From assembly GCA_043745805.1 (NCBI GenBank), contig JAYTSD010000029.1:1-64000 (forward strand): a stretch of 64,000 bases of DNA, written 5' to 3'. This stretch comes from Fibrobacteria bacterium (lineage in GTDB: Bacteria; Fibrobacterota; Fibrobacteria; UBA11236). The notes beneath the pieces were generated by a model, which worked only from the letters and a program-made list of their open reading frames with translations, did not search any database and had not been told where the DNA came from. Below, piece after piece: positions 49,800 to 59,631 of this stretch (positions are counted from its first letter, which is position 1; the number at the start of each line of letters is the position of its first letter). The position numbers and the translations under genes are program-made.

Positions 49800-50588
49800 A
49801 TGTTTAAAGCCTTTCTCATTCGTGGATTATTAGTTTGCTTAGCTTTGGAACTCAGTGCCTGTATGGTTCTCGTAGAGGCTCCCGAAAACCCCATTATAAT
49901 TATCACCGAATCACGACATGTGGGAGCCTTTTCCAGCATTGAAATGCATAGTGACTTACCCTTAGAAATTCAAAAAGGTAATGAATACGCTATTTACTTA
50001 ACCTCCGATGAGAGTCTGTTGGCTTATTTTTCCACCCGTAACGTATATGGTACGCTTATTTTAAATGAACCAGCTGGCTATAATATTCCTGCCTCCTCGC
50101 ATTGGGTGGTTGTCACTCCCGATTTACAAAAGGTAACGCAACAAGGCTGGGGCCTCATTACCCTGCCTAGCCAAGTCGATTTTCCCAATCTTTCCTTGGA
50201 AATGAATGGGGCAGGAAAAATTCGTTTTGAGGGAACCGCAGGCCGATTGGCCGCAGAAATTAATGGTTCAGGGAATATTGAATTGTCAGGCTATTGTGAT
50301 TTCTTTCAAGGCGATGCGAATGGATCGGGGCATGTGTTGGGGGCTAATTTATTAACGCCCGAAGCCGATTTACAATCCAGAGGTTCGGGAGATATTCTTA
50401 TTGGGTTAGATCATCAAGCTCATTTAAAATTGCAGCTGTCGGGTTCGGGACAAGTAGAATGGTGGGGTGACCCAGCGGTGGTAAAATACGCGGTATCGGG
50501 TTCTGGCAAAATAGTTGAACATAGAGAAACCTTGTTCAAAAAATCCGCCATGAACAATTCACCTAAGTTAACGCATCGGTTACTGTAA
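49800..50588 (+). CDS. lipoprotein with DUF2807 (GIN) beta-helix repeats
   Basis: Lipobox LSAC; repeated xxGSGx(I/V) units; W.GDP.V...VSGSG. Confidence 0.85.
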   Translation: MFKAFLIRGLLVCLALELSACMVLVEAPENPIIIITESRHVGAFSSIEMHSDLPLEIQKGNEYAIYLTSDESLLAYFSTRNVYGTLILNEPAGYNIPASSHWVVVTPDLQKVTQQGWGLITLPSQVDFPNLSLEMNGAGKIRFEGTAGRLAAEINGSGNIELSGYCDFFQGDANGSGHVLGANLLTPEADLQSRGSGDILIGLDHQAHLKLQLSGSGQVEWWGDPAVVKYAVSGSGKIVEHRETLFKKSAMNNSPKLTHRLL

Positions 50589-50607
50589 AGTAATATTCTT
50601 GACCACA

Positions 50608-50638
50608 AAAAAAGCTCGAGCTATGCTCGAGCTTTTTT
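50608..50638. terminator. bidirectional intrinsic terminator
   Basis: AAAAAAGCTCGAGC-TAT-GCTCGAGCTTTTTT between convergent genes. Confidence 0.88.
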
Positions 50639-50660
50639 GGATAATAAATAGAGTTAATGC

Positions 50661-51095
50661 TTATTTGTCTGCTTTTTCGATTTTATCGCGCTTTTCTTGT
50701 TTGTCTTTTTTTAATTCCTTTTTATCGGAACGTTCATCCTTCTCATCTTTTTTTAAATCTGCGCGATCCACTTTCAAATTGCGTTCATCTTCCTTAACTT
50801 CTTTTTTTTCATTTTTGATTTCTGCTTTGTCGGCAGCAATTTCATTTTTGTTTTCGGACTTATCATCCTTAAGCTCTTTTTCGGCCTTCTTCAAATCCAT
50901 ACGGTTTTTTTTATGGCTTTTTTTGTCCTTTTTAATTTCCGCTTTATCCGCGTTTACTTGCTGCTTATCGGCTTTGACCTCAGACTTATCTGCACTGACT
51001 TCAGCATTCTCGAGAATTGGTTTGTTACCCTGTGCAAAGCTCAAGTTCATAGCGATCGCCACTGCGGCAGTTGAAAGTAATAGCTTGTATTTCAT
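50661..51095 (-). CDS. secreted highly charged heptad-repeat protein
   Basis: Signal peptide ending SFA; repeated (E/D)-h-x-x-D-K-x units; AAGGAG RBS. Confidence 0.8.
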   Translation of the reverse strand: MKYKLLLSTAAVAIAMNLSFAQGNKPILENAEVSADKSEVKADKQQVNADKAEIKKDKKSHKKNRMDLKKAEKELKDDKSENKNEIAADKAEIKNEKKEVKEDERNLKVDRADLKKDEKDERSDKKELKKDKQEKRDKIEKADK

Positions 51096-51259
51096 ATAGT
51101 CTCCTTCAAGTCGAGATGATCCCCGACTTTTAGTTTTAATTACTATTTAAAGAAGCAATTAAGAAAGAAGAATCGATTAAAAATGAAAATTAATCTCTCT
51201 CCTTTCTTCCGACCACCGCTAAACCAATTATGAGCGGTCCCCATTTCAAGTATTTGCTT

Positions 51260-51763
51260 TTAAGCTGATTTTGGCTTCGTATCGACTCCGTGCCAGTTAT
51301 TCGAAGTACCAATATGCGATACACCCGAAGCTTTGACTTGCAAAAATAATTGCATGCGATAACCCACCAACCATTTCAATGGCGAGTTCAAAAGGGCCAT
51401 CGCTTTATTGTCCACTTTGCCCCAAGGAAAGGTTACATCTTCCTTGCTTAAGACCGCTTCATCGGCAATAGCAAAATCAGCTTTTAAGCCTTCCATCTGG
51501 GCATTGATAATGTCAATAAAATCTTCGCTTTGCATAGTTTTGGCTCTTTCCGAACCGATTTGAAAAAGGGAAAAGTCATTGGTAATAATTCCATGGACAG
51601 CAGCCTGAGGCGTGTAGGAGAGATAACGCAATAGATCTAAAATGGAACGTTGTTCCGTGGTAAATTTAAAATCCAACCCACCTTCAGGAATTTTAGCGTA
51701 CAAGTGTTTGATGACTTCATATTCATGTAACATGGAGTTTAAAATGGCGTTTTTATTTAACAT
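51260..51763 (-). CDS. DinB-like helical-bundle protein
   Basis: IP...LDFK....RS..DLL.Y; YRMQLFL..K..G. Confidence 0.65.
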   Translation of the reverse strand: MLNKNAILNSMLHEYEVIKHLYAKIPEGGLDFKFTTEQRSILDLLRYLSYTPQAAVHGIITNDFSLFQIGSERAKTMQSEDFIDIINAQMEGLKADFAIADEAVLSKEDVTFPWGKVDNKAMALLNSPLKWLVGYRMQLFLQVKASGVSHIGTSNNWHGVDTKPKSA

Positions 51764-51786
51764 GGAATGACCTTTTTAAGAGTGAA

Positions 51787-52374
51787 TTATTTTTTGGAAG
51801 GTAAAATTTTTGATGCCAAAGAATCAACTTTGGGAGTTGTTATTTCTGGCTTTGCCAGTCCTATTATGCCACAAGCTATACGTGCTCCCGAGGCTCCAGC
51901 AGGTTGGGAAGTATAATCGTCCGCTTTTTCATGGACTACAATACTCCGCCCTGCAATATTTATTGCGCCTAAAATAGCAAAGCTATTGCTGGTAAAAGCT
52001 ATTTTTGCATTTCCTTGTGCATCCGCAGTAATATTAGGCAAATCCCCAGCATGATGCATTTCGTGTCCTTCGGGATGGCCATGTTTTTTGGTTTCTTTCG
52101 GATCGAAATGAGGGCCGGGTGCATCAGGATCAATACAATCTCCAAAGGTATGCACATGCATGGCATAGACAGCGCTTGGTTTTAAGCCATGCATTTCACC
52201 AGATATAATAACCGAGGAATCTTTCTGTAGGAAATCGATTTGACCCACTATTGCGGGGTCCTTAAATCCTTTTAGGGATGATTTTGCTTTAACTGTAATA
52301 TCTGCCCAAGTTGATTGAGAAAAAATCAATGAGGTAACGGCCATAATACGTAAGATTTTAATTTGCTTAAACAT
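51787..52374 (-). CDS. sodC: periplasmic Cu/Zn superoxide dismutase
   Basis: Signal peptide; HVH, GPHFDP..HG, HAGDLPN, VVH...DD, GARIACG. Confidence 0.92.
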   Translation of the reverse strand: MFKQIKILRIMAVTSLIFSQSTWADITVKAKSSLKGFKDPAIVGQIDFLQKDSSVIISGEMHGLKPSAVYAMHVHTFGDCIDPDAPGPHFDPKETKKHGHPEGHEMHHAGDLPNITADAQGNAKIAFTSNSFAILGAINIAGRSIVVHEKADDYTSQPAGASGARIACGIIGLAKPEITTPKVDSLASKILPSKK

Positions 52375-52442
52375 ATTTAACTCCTAAAAAAAATGGAGGT
52401 CATAATATAACCCTTTTTTAACTGAGCCCAAAAACTTTTTCA

Positions 52443-53684
52443 CTAGAGTGAAGTTCTAGGCTTTTTGAAGCCTAATTTGACTGCAAAAAATAAACTTAAA
52501 AGTAATGACAATACGGATATGACTCCGACCATCCCATAATGCAATAAAGGCCCTTGCGAAGTTTTAACTAAAATCAATCCCGAAAAATAAGCGGCAAAAC
52601 CTGAGGCAAATTGTTGCAAAGAAGAATTCATACTCATAAATCCTCCACGCGCCTTGGCTTCTACGGCACTCGCAGCCATTGCCATGCCAGGAACAAAACG
52701 CCCTGAAACTAAAACCATAAAAAAGGTGGTTACCGTAATCGCCACGAACAAAGGCACTTGCGGCAATAGTGTAAGTAATAACATGGGAAATGCAGAAAAT
52801 AAAGTTACCCAAGTAAATACTTTCAAGAGTCCAAATTTATCACTTAATTTTCCAATCCAAGGCATGGAGAAAAAGGTAAAGAATCCTCCGCAGGTATAAA
52901 TCCAAGGGAGCTGATGTTCTGTTAAACCCACATTGGCGACCATATAGGGACTGATATAAGGAATGATGGAGAATCCAGCATAAGTCATGGTTATAGTTAA
53001 TCCAAAAGCCATCCAGTGACGTGGTTGCGACAATAAATATTTCATTTCCGCAACGGGATTTTTTTCGACCTTATTCAAATGCTCAATCATAGGAGGTAAG
53101 TAACATGCCGTAATTATTAATACAACCACACTTACGGCCGCGAGAACAAAAAAAGGCATGTGCCAACCATAATGATTAGCTAACAATAAACCGAGTGGCA
53201 CACCTAAAATAGAAGCAATTGAAAAAGCCATCATCACCAAACCCATCGCTTTACCGCGCCTTTCAAAAGGAATGGCATCGCCCACCATCGCTAAAACTGT
53301 GGATCCCGTTACCCCTCCAAATCCACCCGCAATAATTCTTGCTAAAGTTAAGGTGCCATAAGTAGGCGCTAAGGCGCAAGCTAAAGTTCCCAATCCAAAT
53401 CCGGTATATAATATCAGTAATACTTTTTTACGATCAAAGCGATCCAAAAAAAAGGCCGCCAACAAGCCACAAGCACCCGCACTAAAAGTATAAGCGGAGA
53501 CCATTAAGCCAAATTGTTTGGTAGAAATATTAAATAAGCGAATAAATTGTGGGCCCAAAGGCATCATGATCATAAAATCCACAATATGTGTGAATTGAAT
53601 GAAGGCCAATAAAAACAAGAAGAACATTTCTCTTTTAGGCGAAAGAGGGAAACTCGAAGTAGTTGATTTATTAATAGAAAGCAT
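52443..53684 (-). CDS. MFS transporter
   Basis: ~12 TM; DRFDRK and LSDKFG loops; ERRG.AMG. Confidence 0.9.
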   Translation of the reverse strand: MLSINKSTTSSFPLSPKREMFFLFLLAFIQFTHIVDFMIMMPLGPQFIRLFNISTKQFGLMVSAYTFSAGACGLLAAFFLDRFDRKKVLLILYTGFGLGTLACALAPTYGTLTLARIIAGGFGGVTGSTVLAMVGDAIPFERRGKAMGLVMMAFSIASILGVPLGLLLANHYGWHMPFFVLAAVSVVVLIITACYLPPMIEHLNKVEKNPVAEMKYLLSQPRHWMAFGLTITMTYAGFSIIPYISPYMVANVGLTEHQLPWIYTCGGFFTFFSMPWIGKLSDKFGLLKVFTWVTLFSAFPMLLLTLLPQVPLFVAITVTTFFMVLVSGRFVPGMAMAASAVEAKARGGFMSMNSSLQQFASGFAAYFSGLILVKTSQGPLLHYGMVGVISVLSLLLSLFFAVKLGFKKPRTSL

Positions 53685-53797
53685 ATAAGTTTCTCGAACT
53701 CAGTTTTGTTAAATCATTAATTATGTGGAAAAAAGTATGCAAAAAAAGACGACCAAGCGATCGTCCTTTGAGCCTCTCAAAAATTTGAGAATTAGTT

Positions 53798-54412
53798 TTA
53801 TTTTTTCTTCTCAGGCGCTTTATATACACCTTCAAAAGAAAGTACGACATCCACCATGTCACCTACTACTAATCCGCCATTATCCATTATTTTACCAAAA
53901 TTCAAACCGAAATCTTTGCGATTTAATTTTCCACTCGCGGAAAAAGCAGCTCTTTCATTCCCCCAACCATCATTAGCTAATATTCCGCCACCTTTTACCG
54001 TGAGGATTATTTCTTTGGTGACTCCATGCATAGTGAGGTCGCCTACCAATTCGCAAGTGCTGTCTTTATCGGATACTTTACGAACCTCTTTGCTCGCATA
54101 CTTGAGTTCAGGAAATTTTGCAACTTCAAAAAAATCTGGACCTTTTAAATGTTCATCGCGTTTATCGTTTCCGCTGTTAATACTTGCAGCATCAATAACA
54201 GCCGAACCTTTAGTGGCTTTTACATTTTTAGCATCGACAATAAATGATCCGGAGAATTTCAAGAAATGTCCGGTTACCGTGCTGATTCCTAAATGTTTAA
54301 CTTTGAAAATAATTTCACTATGTGCCGCATCGATAGTGAATTCAGAAGCGGAAGCAGAAGTCCAAATGGAAAGCGCTAAGCCCAATGATATGCCGTATTT
54401 TAATAAACGCAT
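53798..54412 (-). CDS. YceI-family polyisoprenoid-binding protein
   Basis: IDAAHS..F.V.H.G, RDEHL...DFF, GDLTMHGVT, RKDFGL. Confidence 0.92.
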   Translation of the reverse strand: MRLLKYGISLGLALSIWTSASASEFTIDAAHSEIIFKVKHLGISTVTGHFLKFSGSFIVDAKNVKATKGSAVIDAASINSGNDKRDEHLKGPDFFEVAKFPELKYASKEVRKVSDKDSTCELVGDLTMHGVTKEIILTVKGGGILANDGWGNERAAFSASGKLNRKDFGLNFGKIMDNGGLVVGDMVDVVLSFEGVYKAPEKKK

Positions 54413-54532
54413 GTATTTCTCCTTAGAAATGAGTAAAATAGATCTGCACTTAATATATTCGTTTTAACGAATATTGTCAAGTTGAAGTATTATGGTTCTG
54501 AGGTTTATGGACTAAAAATGCCAATTTAAGGA

Positions 54533-55300
54533 TTAAAATTCCAATTCGATCCCAACCGGACAGTGATCCGAGCCCTGCACATCTGGCATAATAAAAGCAT
54601 TCTTCACATTACTTTTAAGATTTTCGCTCACTAAGAAATAATCGATACGCCAACCAATATTTCTTGCCCTAGCGCCAGTTTTCATGTCCCACCAGGAATA
54701 ATTTCCACCTTCTGAATTAAACAAACGAAAAGTATCCAAAAATCCTTGTCCTAAAAATGACCCCACCCATTCTCTTTCCATAGGCATGAATCCCGAGGTT
54801 TTTGCATTTTCTTTAGGACGAGCCAAATCAATTTCCATATGCGCCGTGTTCACATCGCCACAAATCACAATTTTTTTACCCTTATTTTTTAATTCCATAA
54901 CGTAACTTGTAAAATACGCATAAAAATCCATCTTATATTGCAGGCGCTCGGGACCAGAGCCTCCATTGGGATAATAAATATTAAAAAGGATAAAATCTTT
55001 ATACTCCACAATTAAAGTACGACCTTCATTATCAAATTGCGGATCCCCCATGCCATAAGAGACATTCATAGGTTTCTCTTTGCTGAAAACGGCCACTCCA
55101 CTATAACCTTTACGTTGAGCAGAACAAAAATAATGGTGGTATCCCGAAACCGTAGCGAGCTCTTTCGTGATTTGATCGAGTTGGGCTTTGGTTTCTTGTA
55201 AACAAAGAATATCTGGACTTTCTTTATGTAACCAATCCGCAAAACCTTTTTTAAATACCGCACGTATTCCGTTTACATTCCATGAAAGCACTCTTAACAT
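54533..55300 (-). CDS. xth: exodeoxyribonuclease III / AP endonuclease
   Basis: SWNVNGIRA, LQETK, GYSGV, GDVNTAH, GWRIDY, SDHCP. Confidence 0.95.
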   Translation of the reverse strand: MLRVLSWNVNGIRAVFKKGFADWLHKESPDILCLQETKAQLDQITKELATVSGYHHYFCSAQRKGYSGVAVFSKEKPMNVSYGMGDPQFDNEGRTLIVEYKDFILFNIYYPNGGSGPERLQYKMDFYAYFTSYVMELKNKGKKIVICGDVNTAHMEIDLARPKENAKTSGFMPMEREWVGSFLGQGFLDTFRLFNSEGGNYSWWDMKTGARARNIGWRIDYFLVSENLKSNVKNAFIMPDVQGSDHCPVGIELEF

Positions 55301-55330
55301 TTATAACTCCCTGATTTCTTACGTAAATAA

Positions 55331-55375
55331 TTTACCTAAGAATTAACCTAAGATTAACCTAAGATTAACCTAAAG
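55331..55375. repeat. 11-bp tandem repeat (~4 units) upstream of xth
   Basis: TTTACCTAAGAA / TTAACCTAAGA / TTAACCTAAGA / TTAACCTAAAG. Confidence 0.85.
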
Positions 55376-55443
55376 CAGAAAAAATAATAAGAAGCAGCGC
55401 GGATAGGATGAAAAGGGATTGCGGATATTATTTAGGGAGAAAT

Positions 55444-57420
55444 TTAACCCACTAACATATTGTCATTTAAGCCGGCATCGGCAAATTTTAACAATTGAAT
55501 AATAAAGGTAGTACCAACATTTTCACGACTTTCCACCGTAATAAGGCCTTTATGGTCCTGAATAATGCCATAACTAATTGAAAGCCCTAAACCGGTACCC
55601 ATGCTTTTGGTGCTAAAAAAAGGTTCGAAAATTTTTTCCAAATTTTCAGAAGAAATTCCAATGCCAGTGTCGCTTATGCGAATTTCTACGCCGTTACCGG
55701 TTTGCTGAATACGTAAATCTAAAACGCGTTTACTTCTGTCGGTCCCTTCCATCGCATGCATCGCATTAATAAAAAGATTAATTAATACTTGTTTTAATTG
55801 GTTTTTATTGCCTAAAACCCGTGACTCCAAATTATCAAAACGTAATTGCACATCAATATGGCCAGAAATAATTTGATGGTGTAATAAAGCCACCACATCT
55901 TTAATAATTTCCGAAAGGGAAACCGGAGACATGGGGCTTTCAGTTTTACCTTGTCGAGAAAAATCCAAAAGATTTTTAACAATATCCCGTATACGCAAAA
56001 TCTCTTCGAGAATTAAATTCAATTCTCCTTTTAATTTATTGTCCTCCGTCATCATCAAGCCCATTTGGAGTCGACCTAGCATGATTTGCAAAGGATTATT
56101 TATTTCATGTGCTACACCACCCGCCAACTGTCCTAGGGCTGCCATTTTTCCAGAATGCACCAGTTGCCATTGCATATGGGTAAGATTTTGATTGGCACTT
56201 AATAAGGAATCATACAGGTTAATATTTTCAGCTACCATTTTTGCTTGTGATAAAATAGCCTGTAATAAATTTTGTAATATGGGAACTCGTTCAATATCTT
56301 CAGCAGAAAGCCCTATCCATAGGGAAAGTTTTTGCGAATCTTCCCAGGCAAGGGAGTGAATCCATAAACCCTCACATCCAAAAAAAGCTTGGGTATGCGG
56401 ATAATGGTTTTTAAGATCTTCACCCATCAGAAAAAAACTAGGCTGAGCTTCATTGATGAGTTTTTGTGTTTCATCTAGGCGTATAAAAGCTTCCGAAGAT
56501 ACCGTTACATCTAGAGTCACTACTTCGGATTTATTGACACCTTGAAAAAGAATTAATAACGGTGAAAGCTTTAATTCATTTTTTAGGACCAATAAAAATT
56601 CATGAAAAAAATTGAGGCGATGAGTTTCGCGTAATGATTTAGCTTCATCAGGCTTAAATGCATTTAGGAGTACATCTTCCTTTAATTTATTTACGGAAGT
56701 AAAAAGTTTTAATTCATTTATCTTTTCTTGCATTTGTCGACGATGTAAACAATTAAGCAAAGCTATGGATGCATGACTGGATAATACCCAAATCAAATTC
56801 ATCATTTCAGGAGTAATATTTTCTTCTTTTACTGTGCTGGCAATCCAAATAAACCCATGGGAACTTTCCTGATTGGGTAAAGGCACAATGGCAAAATCTC
56901 CGGCTTCCATTTCATCAAAACTGGGAATTAAGCAAACGCGCTTTTCTTGTAAAGCCCAATCAATAATGCCCTCCTCCCAATGCTGGTCGAATATCTTTTG
57001 CAAAGCAGGAGTAAAATGACTGGATAATAAGGGATGCCGAGAAATACTTTTTCCTTCTAATAAAAAAATGGCGCAGCCACGTGTAGGTAGTACTTCACTC
57101 AATAAAAAAAGTAAATGGTGAAGGATATCCTTTAAATCGGAAGAGGAAGAAATAACCCGACACAATTCTAATACCTTTTGTAACTCACTTAAAGAACTTT
57201 TAAACTGTTCCTTTTCCAACTTAACGGAAGAGAGCGATACATTAGTATTTTGTATTAATTGATCTTGATCCTGACGAATAATATTCCATTGCGAATAGCG
57301 CGACGAAAGCTCTCGCACTAAAGCCGCTACCTCCCCGGTTTGAATGCGCAAGGTACTGACATTACAATCCTTCGCAATGCCTAAACGTAAAGTTTCTAAG
57401 TCCGCTAATAACTTATTCAT
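55444..57420 (-). CDS. soluble GAF-domain sensor histidine kinase (NtrB-like)
   Basis: LGQLAGGVAHEINNPL, QVLINLFINA, DTGIGI, IFEPFFSTK..GTGLGL; no clear TM; start 57420 preferred over 57459. Confidence 0.88.
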   Translation of the reverse strand: MNKLLADLETLRLGIAKDCNVSTLRIQTGEVAALVRELSSRYSQWNIIRQDQDQLIQNTNVSLSSVKLEKEQFKSSLSELQKVLELCRVISSSSDLKDILHHLLFLLSEVLPTRGCAIFLLEGKSISRHPLLSSHFTPALQKIFDQHWEEGIIDWALQEKRVCLIPSFDEMEAGDFAIVPLPNQESSHGFIWIASTVKEENITPEMMNLIWVLSSHASIALLNCLHRRQMQEKINELKLFTSVNKLKEDVLLNAFKPDEAKSLRETHRLNFFHEFLLVLKNELKLSPLLILFQGVNKSEVVTLDVTVSSEAFIRLDETQKLINEAQPSFFLMGEDLKNHYPHTQAFFGCEGLWIHSLAWEDSQKLSLWIGLSAEDIERVPILQNLLQAILSQAKMVAENINLYDSLLSANQNLTHMQWQLVHSGKMAALGQLAGGVAHEINNPLQIMLGRLQMGLMMTEDNKLKGELNLILEEILRIRDIVKNLLDFSRQGKTESPMSPVSLSEIIKDVVALLHHQIISGHIDVQLRFDNLESRVLGNKNQLKQVLINLFINAMHAMEGTDRSKRVLDLRIQQTGNGVEIRISDTGIGISSENLEKIFEPFFSTKSMGTGLGLSISYGIIQDHKGLITVESRENVGTTFIIQLLKFADAGLNDNMLVG

Positions 57421-58327
57421 GCGTACCCGAAAAAATGCTATTCGCTTTAGCGTATTCATTTTCTACTTGTGGTAAATATTGCAATAAGGATTCGGGCGTT
57501 AACCCAAAAGCGCCATAGGCTAATTCATAAATAGATGCAGGAATTTCACCCATTTCTTTGCTTCCACTTTTTCCTAAATTCGCTCTATGTGCTAGAAAAT
57601 TACCAAGATAAACGAGCAAAGGTAACTCCATATGCTTGGGACAAAATTCAGGATGTTCATGAAATTTTATCGCTTCTACTAAATGCAAGGGTAAATTCCA
57701 ACGCTCCGCCAACCAAGCACCAACTTCGGCATGATCCACGCCTAAAATTTTTCGTTCAGCTTCCGCTAATGAGTGATTTTTTTCATGTACTAAACTTTGT
57801 ATTTCAGCAAATTCTTTAGCCAAATATTGATTCAAAATGATTTTGCCTAAATCATGTAATAAGCCCGCTACAAAAGCTTCTCCAGCTAAACGATAACAAG
57901 TTTCGCGCGCCAATACACGCGTTGCAGCTCCTACTGCTATTGCATGTTGCCAAAACAAACTAATATCAAAATATTTACTACTTCCATCGGCTCGAAACAA
58001 AGTCAGCACTGAAAGACTGAGTCCCATTTCTTTTACTTTTTCAAAGCCTAATACCACAATGGCTAATTTCACGGTAGAAATTTCTCTGGGAAATCCATAA
58101 AATGCAGAATTGGCCATTTTCAAAATTTTAGCAGTTAGAACTTGATCCTGCATAATCGCCGAAGACAATTGCCCCGCCGAAGTTTTAGGGTTGTCTACGA
58201 GTTCTAAAATCTTGGAGGTTACGGTAGGTAAAGTCGGCAAGGAAATTAAAGAATCTGTTATTTTTTTAACGCGTTGCGCAGATTGAACGGCATCTACCCG
58301 ATCCATTGAAATGTCCTGACGTGACAT
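57413..58327 (-). CDS. HDOD-domain protein
   Basis: LPTLP, DQVLTAKILKMANSAFYG, AGLLHDLGK, DHAEVG.WLAERWNLP. Confidence 0.92.
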   Translation of the reverse strand: MSRQDISMDRVDAVQSAQRVKKITDSLISLPTLPTVTSKILELVDNPKTSAGQLSSAIMQDQVLTAKILKMANSAFYGFPREISTVKLAIVVLGFEKVKEMGLSLSVLTLFRADGSSKYFDISLFWQHAIAVGAATRVLARETCYRLAGEAFVAGLLHDLGKIILNQYLAKEFAEIQSLVHEKNHSLAEAERKILGVDHAEVGAWLAERWNLPLHLVEAIKFHEHPEFCPKHMELPLLVYLGNFLAHRANLGKSGSKEMGEIPASIYELAYGAFGLTPESLLQYLPQVENEYAKANSIFSGTHE

Positions 58328-58346
58328 ATGTGTTACCTAAAACGAG

Positions 58347-59111
58347 TTATGCGTTAATTTTTTGTACTAGCTTGCCCTTAAGCTTAAGCATAGCTTTACT
58401 ATGAATTTGGGAAACTCTCGACTCAGTTAAGTTCAAAACTTCCCCAATTTCCTTCAATGTCAATTCTTCATAATGATAAAGAGCCACCACCAAGCGTTCT
58501 TTTTCAGGTAACTGAGAAATAGTTTCCTTAAGAATTCTTTTTACTTCCTTGAAACCCAATTCCTTCAAAGGATTCACCCCTTGCGGATCTTCAATGGTAT
58601 CGATAAGCATTAGTGATTTATTTTCATCGCCTCTATCCGGCATGGCTTCTTCCAATGACAAAATAGCCGCCGGAGCCACATCGCTTAACATTTCTTCGAA
58701 CTCCTCCGAAGTAATATTTAGATGCTGCGCCACTTCATCATCATAGGGCATACGCCCTAATTCATTTTCCAATTTCGCATAGGCTTTTTGTAATACTCTT
58801 GATTTTTGCCGAACCGAACGTGGCACCCAATCTAAAGCGCGTAATTCATCGAGTATAGCTCCTCGCACTTTATGCGAAGCAAAGGTTTCAAATTTTAATC
58901 CCCGCTCAGGTTCAAAACTTTCCACCGCTTTTACTAATCCTAAAATTCCTGAACTAATTAAATCATCTAGCTCCACCGAGCTGGGGAGATTTGAAGCGAT
59001 ACGTTGTGCAATGAATTTAACCATGCCTGCATACTCAACTAGTAATTTATCTTTGCAAACTTTATTACCGGTTTCACGATATTGAGTCCACAGGTCAATC
59101 AAATCAATCAT
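58347..59111 (-). CDS. fliA: FliA/WhiG-family sigma-28 factor
   Basis: DDLIS.G..GL, RGAILDELR.LDWVPRS, LTLKEIG..L..TESRVSQIH. Confidence 0.95.
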   Translation of the reverse strand: MIDLIDLWTQYRETGNKVCKDKLLVEYAGMVKFIAQRIASNLPSSVELDDLISSGILGLVKAVESFEPERGLKFETFASHKVRGAILDELRALDWVPRSVRQKSRVLQKAYAKLENELGRMPYDDEVAQHLNITSEEFEEMLSDVAPAAILSLEEAMPDRGDENKSLMLIDTIEDPQGVNPLKELGFKEVKRILKETISQLPEKERLVVALYHYEELTLKEIGEVLNLTESRVSQIHSKAMLKLKGKLVQKINA

Positions 59112-59285
59112 GAACTTTTATCCCATGACTAAAGCCAAGATTTGATCTGGCATGGATATTAAAATAAATCTTGAGCAAGTTGTCACACACCTTTTCATTA
59201 TCTCCTTTTTTATTGACTAACACCACTATTTTCCCCATTTCAGTGATGAAATAAACCACAAAAGCAGCCTCATTTAGGGCTAGAT

Positions 59286-59615
59286 TTAGGTTTTTGCATT
59301 ATTCTTTTTGGAATTCTCTTTGGATTCAGGAATTTCATTTTCGCTAGGTTCAATGAAATGATAAAGAAATCCCCCTTCTTCACGTGTGGCTTTAGATTCT
59401 AAAGCCGAAGCAACGATAGACTTTACTAAAGTGTCGCTTAAAATGATGAAAAAAATCCAGCCAAGGGCTGAAGCAATGCAGCCTTTAACTAAAGCCACTA
59501 ATAGGGATTCGAAATTCCATGTTTCGGAAAACAAAATCGACATAAAAAACACTAAGAAAAAAAGTAATAGTAATACTACTTTAGTAATTGATTTGCTGAT
59601 TTTTTGAGTTTGCAT
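59286..59615 (-). CDS. two-TM membrane hypothetical protein in the flagellar operon
   Basis: 109 aa; two hydrophobic helices and a charged tail; between flhF and fliA. Confidence 0.7.
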   Translation of the reverse strand: MQTQKISKSITKVVLLLLFFLVFFMSILFSETWNFESLLVALVKGCIASALGWIFFIILSDTLVKSIVASALESKATREEGGFLYHFIEPSENEIPESKENSKKNNAKT

Positions 59616-59631
59616 ACAACTTACTTCACTC

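Noticed and set aside
50599-51099. 166-aa + strand ORF
   Set aside because: Antisense shadow of the low-complexity repeat gene; starts inside the terminator region
53856-54467. 203-aa + strand ORF
   Set aside because: Antisense shadow of the YceI gene
59118-59198. 26-aa minus-strand ORF (MKRCVTTCSRFILISMPDQILALVMG) just upstream of fliA
   Set aside because: AAGGAG lies only 3 nt from the ATG and there is no other support; a leader peptide cannot be fully excluded
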